Part shown: one piece after another, positions 50,398 to 60,984 of the stretch
How the letters are laid out: each line of letters starts with the position of its first letter
Position numbering within the stretch: position 1 is the stretch's first letter
Assembly: GCA_039621445.1 (NCBI GenBank)
Contig: CP154954.1
Location: forward strand, 40,417,572 to 40,481,571
Length of the DNA stretch: 64,000 bases
Direction of reading: 5' to 3'
Source of the DNA: Euglena gracilis
Lineage: Eukaryota
Program-made: the position numbers and the translations under genes
Notes under the pieces: generated by a model
Seen by the model: only the letters and a program-made list of their open reading frames with translations
Databases searched by the model: none
What the model was told of the DNA's origin: nothing

Positions 50398-50776
50398 TAA
50401 GTACCTGAATATTTTGTCAAATTAGGCATCACCGGCAAATTTTTTTCAGAAAAAATTGGCCGAAATGGGTCTTAAGTCGGGTTGGGGGGGGTCACGGGGG
50501 GAATACCCCCTCTAAAGTTTTTTTGTGTTATAATCGTGGACTGAGGCCCGACGCCTGCCCTGTATATCGTGGATTGGAACACGAAATACAGTGCAGGCGT
50601 TGACCCCCCTGGCGCCTGCCCTATATTTCGTGGACTCAGTCCACGAAATACAGGGCAGGTGCCGGGGGGGGGGGGGTCAACGCCTGCACTGTATTTCGTG
50701 GACTGAGTCCACGAACATCAGTGCATGGTTTTTGCGGACTGGATTTTTTGACATATTACTACTGTCAAAGAGATAC

Positions 50777-51583
50777 TCAATGCAAATCCTTGCCTTTGTA
50801 CTTCACAATGAGCAGAACACAAAAAGAATGCTTTAGCCACTGAAAAGGGGACCCAACGAAGTGGCTAGTGAAACCGCTAGTGCTGTTTCCAGATTCCACA
50901 AAAGAATCAACCTCCAGTCTCCGCAGAACCTCTGGGCGGTAGCCTGTGCAGAAACCCAGAATAAAAATGGGCCTCAAAGGGCTTTGTCCAATCCACTTCT
51001 CACAACACCCGTGGCAACTCGTCGTCCTGTAAAATTTCATGGGGGGGTGCACAGCCTGGTTTGCCGCTTTTTTGGTGAGTTCACGGGTGTGGGCAGACGG
51101 AAAGAACCGCGGGAACTTTGAAAACTGGGAGTTGGAGGAAGGCACCGCTTGGGTTTCTGGCTTGATTGAGGAGTATGCTCGTCCCACGGCAGTCAGGTAG
51201 CCGCGGAAGGAGGATGCTTTCACTGTGATGGCGCTGCATCTTTGACCGGCCTGTGCACACCGTTGATCCCACAGTTGCCTGATTTGGGCTGTGCCGTCAA
51301 CCAACAAACTGGGATCAATCATCCAGCCAGCACTGGCAACAAAAAAGTCATCCAGATCATCATACACTGCCTATAGGTCCTGACACAGTTGATGGAAATC
51401 CATCAGATGTGCCAAGGCACAAATCCAGCTGGCTTATTTGCTGTTGCTTGTTGGAGCAAAGTCCCGTGAACTGGATCGACGACTGGTGTTTTTTTTGTCG
51501 TCGATGATTTTCTCCAACACGGCCAAAAATTCAGATGTTTTCGGGGGACGAGGGAGTATGATGATAGCCGCGCGTTTCGCCAT
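50777..51583 (-). pseudogene. Tyrosine-recombinase-like protein, N-terminal part to box I, with two in-frame stops and 3' truncation
   Basis: The ATG at 51583 is in frame with ORF 50777-51367: MAKRAAIIILPRPPKTSEFLAVL...SSFRGYLTAVGRAY...FILGFCTGYRPEVLRRL (GxRxxxLxxL, box I-like). It is homologous to ORF 59048-59755. Confidence 0.6.
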
Positions 51584-51822
51584 TGGTGCAGAAAAGCAAC
51601 TGGAAAAAGAACATTGTTTCAGTCCACGAAATACAGGGCAGGCATTGCCCCCCCCCCCCCCCGGCGCCTGCCCTGTATTTCGTGGACTGAGTCCACGAAA
51701 TACAGGGAGGCGCCTCGTGGACTGAAAACTTTGATTTTTTTTGTTAAAAAAATGCTGCTAATTTGATGCGTGAAGCCAATCAACGATATACAGGGCAGGC
51801 GTCGGGCCTCTTAGTCCACGAT

Positions 51823-51939
51823 TATAGAAAAAATCGTGGGTGTAACCCGTATACGGGCCGTATAACGGGTCATGGGCGCCTGCGGCGCCCATGACCCGTT
51901 ATACGGCCCGTATATGGGTTACACCACGATTTTTCTATA
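51823..51939. repeat. 117-bp near-perfect hairpin, apex GGCGCC-TGC-GGCGCC
   Basis: The arms differ by about one substitution and two single-base indels. The loop is 51881-51883. Confidence 0.95.
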
Positions 51940-53074
51940 GAAATATTTCCAACTCTGTGTTTTCTGGTGCAAAAAAATCATGCTTCAACCCCCCCAAAAA
52001 AAAAACAAAAAATGAATGCTGCAGAAATAAAAAATGAACTTGTCCTAAAAAAACATTCCAAAAATTTTCTCCCAAACCCTCAATGACGTTTTTTGTTTTT
52101 TTTAAAAAAAACATATTTTTTTTAAAAAAACACATTTTTTCTGTTTCAAAAAAAACCCCGTCAACCTTGCCCAGAACCGACCGAAATGGTTCAGAATGCA
52201 GAAATGAATGGTTTGAAGCGGAAATGTCATTGCTGCAAAAGCCGATTGACCTCAGAATTTGGCCCACTTCATTCCAACCGTTGACAAATGAGTTCCATTG
52301 GTTTGTTTTGAGCCGTTTTGAGCTTTTTTTTCCAAATACAATTCGGTGTTGATTGACAATAAAACTCCAATGCCAACATGTGGTATTGAGAAATATCAAA
52401 GACAGGAGTTCTTGGACATTTTCCGCATACCAATTTCTGGCTTTGGAGTTTGAGCATTCATTCATGGTTGTGGAAAACCTTGACCATCACAAATGCGCCT
52501 GAAATGGCAGAAAACCAGGGCAGCAGACTGGGGGGGGTGCGGGTAGTTGGCCGATTAGTCGGCCGACTACCCACTCTGATGTACTAACGCGTCCAAACAG
52601 CCAACTTTTGAGCCCCCTCCCCCCATGAAGGAAAACCTATGCAAACCAGTCGGTGGTTAATCGGTGGTCATAAAAATGGTCTGTGGCGGGCCCAAATCAC
52701 CCGGAAAAATGGTCCGGATGGGTCCAAATAAGTGTCTTACGCCCAAATGAACACCCCCGGATGGAAATCTTTGGTCGGTGAGGGGTCGGTGGGCCCTTGA
52801 TGGGGGTCTGGAGGGGTAAAAAACCACTCATGAAACAACGACTACCACCTCCCCCCCCCTAATTGACCTAAAAGACGACCTAATGGGACCTCTCCACGGG
52901 ACCCCCCTTTTGGTCAATTAGGGGAGGGGGGTTCAATTGGGGGAGGGGGCGTCAATTAGGGGGGGGGGGACCGTCAAGTAGGGGGTGCTTCAGCACAGAA
53001 TCCCCCGGGCAGTCAATTAGGGGGGGTCGAAAAAATTTTCCCCGGGACGTTTGGTCAATTAGGGGGGGGGAGTC

Positions 53075-53135
53075 GCTGAGCTCTTATCTCTTTAGAGTAA
53101 GAGCGAAGCTTACCACCCCGGCGACGGGGGGTCCG

Positions 53136-53190
<55 letters not shown>

Positions 53191-54997
53191 CCCCCCCCCC
53201 CTGGGTAGGTCCGGACACCCGAGGATTATCGATGTGATTGAATTTCCGGACCTGAAAAGTTAATAGCCTATAGGTTAGGAGAGGATTCCCTAGTTTCTAA
53301 CGAGCCCTCATTTCGCCCCTAACTCTCCGCCAGTCCGGAGATATAGCCCGAGCAAAAAAAGTTGTCTACCGTTTTTTTCCAAAGAAATTTTGTTGGACCG
53401 GCAACAGGGGTCATTTTTGGGGTCAAAAAATCGAAAAATTCGAAATATCTCGAAAACGCTGGAGAGTTGAGAAAAAGTGAAAGAGTGAAAAAGTGAAGAG
53501 TACCTCATTCCACAACTTTGGGACGCCCTATCCACCGGTATTCGCAGTTTGGGCCAACTCCCCGCCTGGCCCGAGATATGGCCGTTTTTCGGTAATGCCG
53601 TTTTCGGTCCCAAATGGCCGTTTTGTACACTTTTCCCACTGTCCGACTTAGCCGTTTTCGCGGCCAAAAAGTCGAAAAAAATCGAAAATTTTTTTTTCCG
53701 CCCCCAAAACCATGTTTTTTTGGCCTCCTGGACCCGGAAAAAGTGTTTTTGAGCCGAAAACGAGCGTTTTTCGACCCGCCAGGGCCCCGTTTTGGTTGGC
53801 CAACCCATTGACTTTGGGTCAAAACCGGGTCAAAAAAGTCGAAAAAAATCGAAAATATTTTTTTGGCCCAAAACGATGTTTTATCGCTGAGCTCTTATCT
53901 CTTTAGAGTAAGAGCGAAGCTTACCACCCCACCGAGGTTATCGCGGGAGCTCTTATCTCTTAGAGTAAAAGAGCGAAGCTACCACCCCACGCCGGGGAAA
54001 CCCTTATCTTCTTTAGCGTAGAGCACCCACCCCCCCCCACCCCCCCCCCCCGCCCCCCCCCCCCCCCCGCCCCCCCCCCCCCCCCCCCCGCCCCCCCCCC
54101 ATGGGTAGGCCCGGGCACCCGCGGATAATCGATGTGATTGAATTTCCGGACCCGAAAGGTTAATAGCCTATAGGTTAGGAGAGGGTCCCTAGTTTGTCCA
54201 GAGCCCTTAGGTTGCCCCCAACTCCCCGCCAGGCCGGAGATCTAGCCCGAGCAAAAAAGTTGTGTACCGTTTTTTTTCCAAAGAAAGTTTGTTGGACTGG
54301 CAACAGGGGGTCATTTTTGGGGTCAAAAAATCGAAAAATTCAAAATATCTCGAAAACGCCGGGGAGTTGAGAAAAACTAAAGAGTACCTCATTCCACAAC
54401 TTTGGGACGCCCTATCCACCGGTTTTCGCAGTTTGGGCCAACTCCCCGCCTGGGCCGAGATACGGCCGTTTTTCGGTCCAAATGGCCGTTTTGCGCACTT
54501 TTCCCACTGTCCGACTTAGCCGTTTTCGGGCCAAAAAGTCGAAAAAAATCGAAAAAAATTTTTTCGCCCAAAACCATGTTTTTTGGCCTCCTGGACCCGG
54601 AAAAAGCGTTTTTGAGCTGAAAATGAGCGTTTTTCGACCCGCCAGCGCCCCGTTTTGGTTCGCCAACCCATTGACTTTGGGTCAAAACTGGGTCAAAAAA
54701 GTCGAAAAAAATCGAAAAAAAATTTTCGCCCAAAACCATGTTTTTTGGCCTCCCGGACCCGGAAAAAGCGTTTTTGAGCTGAAAATGAGCGTTTTTCGAC
54801 CCGCCAGTGCCCCGTTTTGGTTCGCCAACCCATTGACTTTGGGTCAAAACCGGGTCAAAAAAGTCGAAAAATATCGAAAAAATTTTTTCGCCCAAAACCA
54901 TGTTTTTGGGCCTCCTGGACCCCGGAAAACATGTTTTTGAGCTGAAAATGAGCGTTTTTCGCCGGCCGGGCCGGAATGGTCCCCCAAAGAGCTCAGC
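53075..54997. repeat. Tandemly duplicated unit of about 810 bp with GCTGAGCTCT ends, poly-C tracts and about 162-bp internal tandem repeats
   Basis: GCTGAGCTCTTATCTCTTTAGAGTAAGAGCGAAGCTTACCACCCC at 53075 and 53886, inverted AGAGCTCAGC at 54988-54997, and AAACCATG recurring at 54571, 54733 and 54895. Confidence 0.85.
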
Positions 54998-55811
54998 TCT
55001 ACGTCACACCCTGGTCAATTAGGGGGGGGGAGGTGGTACATGAAAATCCATTAGAAATGCAAGCATTCTGCATCACGAGGCAGAAAACTCCCCCCCTCCA
55101 CCCCCACCCGAGCCTCAAATAACAAAATCCCTTTTGCGTTGGCAACATACTCGGGGGCAAAGTCGTTTTTGTGGCTCACTTTGGCGTAGGCGGGGGGGGG
55201 GGCTCCGCCCCCTCCCCCCCCCCCCCCCGCACCCCCCCTCAAATAACAAAATCCCTTCTATGTTGGCAACATGCTCGGGGGCAAAGTCGATTTTGTGGCT
55301 CACTTTGGCATAGGCGGGGGGGGCCTCCGCCGCACCCTCCCCTCAAATAACAAAATCCCTTCTATGTTAGCAATATACTTGGAGGGATACCACAAAACAC
55401 TCCCCCCCATATTGTCCCCCCCCCATATTGTCCCTCGGCCCTGGCCGACGGGAGGTTTTTTTGGCTCGGCCAATGAAATTCCTTTGGTGCCCCCATATTG
55501 TCCCCCCCATATTGTCCGATCAGGCCTCCCAGGGGGAGGTCGGTGGGGCAACAGGGGGGGGGGGTAAATCCTTTTTGTGCAAACTTTGATTTACATTGAA
55601 AATCCAATGGGGAGAGGTGTTCTTTTGCCAAAAGTGCCCCAAAATGGATGTTTTCCCCCAATTTTTTTTTTGGATATTCACCCCCGATTGGGGGGGTTCT
55701 GGAGCCATTTGGCTTAGTTTTGGCTGGCGTTGATATGATTTGGACAAAAAAATTTTCCCAAGGGGGGCTTAAAAGTCGGCGGTTTTTGACCCGTTAGTAC
55801 CCTCACCCCCC

Positions 55812-56323
55812 CAGGGAATTTCTTAAGGCCCCCCGGGGGGGGGGGGGTCCAGCCTCCGGTTGGCAAAAAGGCTGCTGGCTGGATTTGAGCTGCTGGCTGG
55901 ACCCCCCCCCGGGGGGGGGTGGGGGGGGGAGGGGGGGGGTCCCGGGCTGGAGGGGGCTGGGCTGGGCTGGGTCGGTGAAAAACAAAATTTTCTAACACAT
56001 TTTTGCCATTTTCGGCATTTTGGTGGATGGAGCTAGGTCAAGGCTGGGGGGCTGTGATGGAGGAAACTGTGGTGAGGGGAAAAAATGCAGGGATAGGTGA
56101 GCTGGGCAGCCCAGTTGGCTGGCCAGCCTGCGGCCGGCTGGCCCGGCCTTCGGCCGGCTGGCCCGGCCTCCGGCCGGGCTGGACCCGACTTTATTTCAGT
56201 CGACCCCCGGGGGGGGGGGGGGCCCCCAGCCCGAATTTGGGCTGCTGGCTGGATTTGAGCTGCTGGCTGGCTGGACCCCCCCCCCCGGGGGGTAGGGTAC
56301 CCTCCGGCTTAAGAAATTCCCTG
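55812..56323. mobile_element. hAT-like MITE, same family as 42122-42612
   Basis: TIR CAGGGAATTTCTTAAG with flanks ACCCCCC(C) on both sides. Confidence 0.85.
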
Positions 56324-59047
56324 ACCCCCCCCCCTATTTGGCTAATGGTCGGGCTCCTTCGGACCCCCAATTAGCCAATTAGGGGGGGGGGGACAATTAG
56401 GGGGGGTTACCCCGGCCAATGGCCAATAAGCCTGACCCCCCCCTAAGTGGCTAATGGACCGTCCAACGGGACCCCCAATTGGCCAATTGGGGGGGGGGGG
56501 CAAATAGGGGGGGTGAGGGTACATTAGAGTGGATAGTCAGCCGACTAGTCGGCCGACTACCCACTACCCCCCCCCCCCTTCTCGCCGACTAGCTACCGAC
56601 CAATGGGTCGGCCGATTTGTCGGCCGACCAATTGGGTAGTCGGCCGACTAGTCGGCCAACTACCCACTACCCCCCCCCCCCAGTCCACCGTCTGGCACTG
56701 AAAGCCAGCCAAAAATGGCTCAAATGGCAGAATTTTGCAAATTATTTTCAATTTTTTGGGTTTTTGATGGAAGCTGCCCACATAACAGTGGGTTTCTTTG
56801 CCAAAAAATCATCACACTACATCACGTCGCTGTGTCTCTCCCTTCTAACATTGAGCATACCACCCCCCTTATTTGACCCCCCCTTAATTGAGCATTTGGG
56901 TCTGGGGAATTTTTTTCTAGGCACTGAATTTTTTTTGTCTTTTCTTAAAGCCAAATTTTCAACCCCCCCTTTTGACCCCCCCTTTATTTGAGCATTTGGG
57001 GGGTCCTTAAGCCCGTGGGTGTGCTCAAATAAGGGGGGGGGGGTAACAAACACCCAATGCGCTTCTTTGAGCAATAGTTTTTTTGCAATAATTTTGGGCA
57101 TTTTTGGAATTTTTAGGGCAAATTCATGGTCATAATGGCTTTTTTGATGTCATGTTCAATCCAAAAATCTTTTCATTCAAATATGAAGGAAAATGACTCG
57201 AAACCCACCCAAATGCCTTCACAAACCCCCATTCGCCCACACCCCGATACGCAAACCCCAATGAACCCCGATATGCGAACTTATCGGCCTACGGCCTCCT
57301 CCGGGGGGGGGGGGCTTCTGCCCCCCCCGGATCCCTCCATTCAAATATGAAGGAAAATGACCCAAAAGCCACCCGAATGCCTTCAGAAAACCCCCATTCG
57401 GGGGTCCATTTGCAATTTTTTTTCGGCAATATCTTCTTTTTGTGCCAGATTTGCGAAACTTGGGGGGGTGTCTGGGACGCGGGGCAGGGGGGGATAATTC
57501 ATATCGGAGGCCTTCGGAAAAATTGCGAAAAATTGCGGAAAAATTGCGGAAAAATTGATATCGGGAATATACACATTTCTGCTTGAGGGGACTTAGAAAA
57601 TTTTCAATTGTGAGGTTCAGAACACCGCAACACCCACGTCGATGCAGGCGAGCACAAATCAACACGCTTGAAGTTCTATGCACAGGTAGGAATCACCCAA
57701 TCACAACCTTGTGATAACCCTAACCCTGTGGGGGGTAGATCTCCTGGGGGGGGGTTGTGGGCCGACCCTAGGGTCGGCCCACGGTCGCCAAAGGTTGCCA
57801 AAGGTCGCCCAAGGAGCCGTCCGGGAGACCCCCCCTAGTGGGCCGACCCTAGTCGCCGGCTTAGGGTCGACTTAGGGTCGTGGGCGGCTCATTGCGGAAA
57901 ATTGGCCGTGGAACTTTTGTTGGTCGCTAGCGACCGGTCGCTAGCGACCGCGACCGTTGGTCACGGTCGACCGACCATTGGTGGTCGGAGCGACCGGTCG
58001 CTAGCGACCGGTTGCTACCACCAAAATTTCGACCCCCCCCCCCTTCATAAAATTTTTAAGCCCCCCCCCCCCCAATAGGATTTTATTACTGCAAAACGAT
58101 GCTACCAGGGCCAGGCGCGCATGTAATGCCACGCGCAGTGAACAAACAGTCCTAAGGCGCCTTTGGTCGTCTAGCGGGGGGGGGGGCTGCCGCCCCCCCA
58201 GCACCCCCCGCACCCCCCCCTCCACCCTCCAACAACAAAATCCCCTCTGGGGGGTAACCGACCCAGGGCCATGCGCGCATGTAATGCCACGCGCACCGTA
58301 AACAAAACAGTCCTAAGGCGCCTTCGGCCCCCTTGGTCGTCTAGGGGGGGGGGGGGGGCTGCCGCCCCCCCGCACCCCCCCGCCCTCCAATAACAATTTT
58401 TTTTGGGCTTTGGCACCAAACGAAAGTGGCCACTTTGAGGGGGGGGTAAAGCAAATTTGACAAAAAATTTTGGCCACTCTGAGGGGGGGGTGAGGGTAAT
58501 GCCACCCCCCCCCCCCCCGGCTGCCGCCCCCCCCCCCCCCGTACCCCCGTACCGCCCTCTTGACAAAGTAACGTAAACATTGTCTGATATCGTGCAAGAT
58601 CCAGGGGGGGGGATAATTGATATCGGAGGCCTTCGGAAAAATTGCGGAAAAATTGCGGAAAAATTGCGGAAATTGCGGAAAAATTGCGGAAAAATTAAAA
58701 CCGTTAACCGTTCACGGGCTTCCCCACGTGAGGAAACGGGGTGCGTTCACGGGTGCGCACTACGGCACCCGTGAACGGACCCCGTTTTCACATATGCGCA
58801 CCCGTGGTCGGTTCACGGGTGCACAGACGGCAGCCGTGGACGGAATTTTGCCTTTAAAAAAAGGGAAAAGATTTATGCAGTAGGGAAGAGGATTTGAAAC
58901 AAATGGCGAACCTGGTGAACTTGAGGGGTGGGGGCAGGAATGCAAGAGGTGGCATAGGGAACTGACACGCGGCAAACTAAATTTCGGTGCGAGGCACATG
59001 CTCGCGATGCCTTTCGGCATGGTCAGAGGAACAACAGGACGGATAAC

Positions 59048-59755
59048 TCAACGACAACCCTGACAAATCCACGCTTTTTTCGGCGCGCGACGCAGCTCAG
59101 CACACACAAAATGATACGTCTCGCCACAAACGGAACAACGAACACTTTTGGCTGCACCCACATCCGTGTCACTAAAAGCCTCCATTGCTTTTTTGGCCCT
59201 TTCGTGCGTGACGAGTGGCTTCATTAACGCATTGAACTGCGGGAACTGGGACACAGACGATGGTACAATGATGGCATAAACGGGAGCCAATGCCTTGTAA
59301 ATGTTGCTTACAGCATTTACATAGGTCCGAAAACTGGACACTGGCATGGAGCGAAGGCGCCCATCTTTTCCTACCTTCTCCTGCCTTGTCTGGACCCAGG
59401 CATCGGCTTCCTGCTGCGTCTTGAAAACTTCACGAGCATCAACGCACCATCTGGCCCATCCCACCAAAACTTCGTCCAAAGAGCTAAAAACAACGCCATG
59501 CCGGTTGCAAACATCCATATACCCCAAAAAACACTTTACTGCGGCATGGTTCTTGGGGCCCAAGTCACAATTTTGACCACCGGTGGGGAGACTGCCAAAA
59601 AGGGCATCCACTGCAGCAGCTCCTAGGGAGCCGGCACCACGTAAAACAGCCAGAAATTCATCTACGTTGGGGGGGCGGGGCATCTGTGCTTCCATCATGT
59701 TGGTAAAACGCTTCATCGGACTGTGGGGAAAAGCAGCAGAGAGACAGAAACACAA
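59048..59755 (-). CDS. Probably internally deleted YR-like N-terminal domain fused to a partial PHD finger
   Basis: MPRPPNVDEFLAVL, SSFRTYVNAVSNIY and VPSSVSQFPQF match element A. The C-terminus CSVCGETYHFVC...WICQGC supplies the last six ligands of a C4HC3 PHD. The real start is probably one of the Met codons near 59698. Confidence 0.65.
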   Translation of the reverse strand: MCFCLSAAFPHSPMKRFTNMMEAQMPRPPNVDEFLAVLRGAGSLGAAAVDALFGSLPTGGQNCDLGPKNHAAVKCFLGYMDVCNRHGVVFSSLDEVLVGWARWCVDAREVFKTQQEADAWVQTRQEKVGKDGRLRSMPVSSFRTYVNAVSNIYKALAPVYAIIVPSSVSQFPQFNALMKPLVTHERAKKAMEAFSDTDVGAAKSVRCSVCGETYHFVCAELRRAPKKAWICQGCR

Positions 59756-60000
59756 ATGTAAAAAAAACCCAAAAAATTCAAATTCCGATCACGGGTAACA
59801 CCTTGCGCAACCGTGGTCGGTTCACGCGTGCACGCACGGCAGCCGTGGACGGAAATTCCGTTCACGGGTGCGCACTACGGCACCCGTGAACGGCCAAAGT
59901 TCACCCGTGAACGCCAAAAACGAGATTTTTGACCCCCTAGGCATCTCGTTAGGAAGCGCTTGCCTACTGCGAGGAAGCCCGTGAACTTGGTTAACGGTTT

Positions 60001-60108
60001 TAAGACAAAAGCGGGGTCCGATCACGATTCCCGGTGGAGAAACGGGGGGCGCCTACGGCGCCCCCCGTTTCTCCACCGGGAATCGTGATCGGACCCCGCT
60101 TTTTCTTA
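60001..60108. repeat. 108-bp near-perfect hairpin, apex GGCGCC-TAC-GGCGCC
   Basis: The arm AAAAGCGGGGTCCGATCACGATTCCCGGTGGAGAAACGGGGGGCGCC is followed by its exact reverse complement. The loop is 60054-60056. Confidence 0.97.
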
Positions 60109-60984
60109 TAGATATCGGGTATACACATTTCTGTCTGAGGGGACTTAGAAATTTTTCAATTGTGAGGTTCAGAACACCGCAACACCCACGTCGATGCAGG
60201 CGAGCACAAATCAACACGCTTAATGTTTTTTGCACAGGTGGGACGCACTCAATCCTGTGACCAGTGGTGCACCTGTGAGAAAAATTGGTAAACTGGGGGG
60301 AAAAAACAACAAAACACAATAGCACACCTGTTGATCCATTTGAAGAATGGCTTGAACTCATTGCATCTTCCATCTTCGGTGGTGGGAAAAAATTTCTGCG
60401 GAAAAAAAATGGGGAAAAAATTGCGGAAAAATTGCGGAAATTGCGGAAAAATTGTGGAAAATTGCGGAAAATTGCGGAAATTGCGGAAAATTGCGGAAAT
60501 TGCGGAAAAATTGCGGATATCAATTTCCCCCCCCCCTGAAGATCCTAAAAGCAGAAAAAGAAATTTTTGATATAAAATTTCATGGCTTTCTCTGGGGGAA
60601 TTTTTTTTTTCACAGGGGGGGGCTTAAAAATCTTCTGAGAGGGGGGAGTGGTCGAATTATTGGTGGTCGCTAGCGACCGGTCGCTCCGACCACCAACGGT
60701 CGCTAGCGACTGGTCACCAGAATTCGGTCGCTAGCGACCACCAAAAGTTCCATGGCCAATTTTCCGCTCGGAGCCGTCGTGGGCCGACCCTAGGGTCGAC
60801 TTAGGGTCAGCCCACCCCACAACCTCCCTACCCCCCGTTCCAGGATCTGGCCTGGGGGCGAGCGGGCCGACCTCAGGGTTGGCCCACGGTCGCCAAAGGT
60901 CGCCAAAGTGAACCACAAAAACAACTTAGCCCCCAAGTATGTTGCCAACATGGAAGGGAATTTGTTCTTTCCCTGGGTGCCCTG

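Larger units (their letters stand above)
50529..51939 (-). mobile_element. Tyrosine-recombinase-like DNA element A: IR - ORF - IR - terminal hairpin
   Basis: IR TATAATCGTGGACT...GGCCCGACGCCTGCCCTGTATATCGT at 50529-50577 and its reverse complement at 51776-51826. Hairpin 51823-51939, TATA at both ends, and subterminal GTCCACGAAATACAGGG repeats in both orientations. Confidence 0.75.
58695..60108 (-). mobile_element. Tyrosine-recombinase-like DNA element B: IR - ORF(+PHD) - IR - terminal hairpin
   Basis: IR TTAAAACCGTTAACC(AA)GTTCACGGGCTTCC at 58695 and its reverse complement ending at 60003, then hairpin 60001-60108. The whole unit is absent from the paralogous site at 57551-57565. Confidence 0.8.
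58602..60538. mobile_element. TIR element with AAATTGCGGA repeats, interrupted by element B
   Basis: TIR CAGGGGGGGGG..AATTGATATC with AAGATC on both flanks. An uninterrupted partial paralogue lies at 57485-57690. Confidence 0.8.
57893..60767. mobile_element. Long-TIR element rich in GGTCGCTAGCGACC palindromes, hosting two nested insertions
   Basis: 57893-58072 is an imperfect inverted copy of 60615-60767 (GCGGAAAATTGGCCRTGGAACTTTTG...). Confidence 0.8.

Noticed and set aside
51935-52465. 176-aa ORF, and similar ORFs at 34303-34863 and 37877-38260
   Set aside because: No recognisable motifs were found and they are partly low complexity, so I cannot support them as genes.
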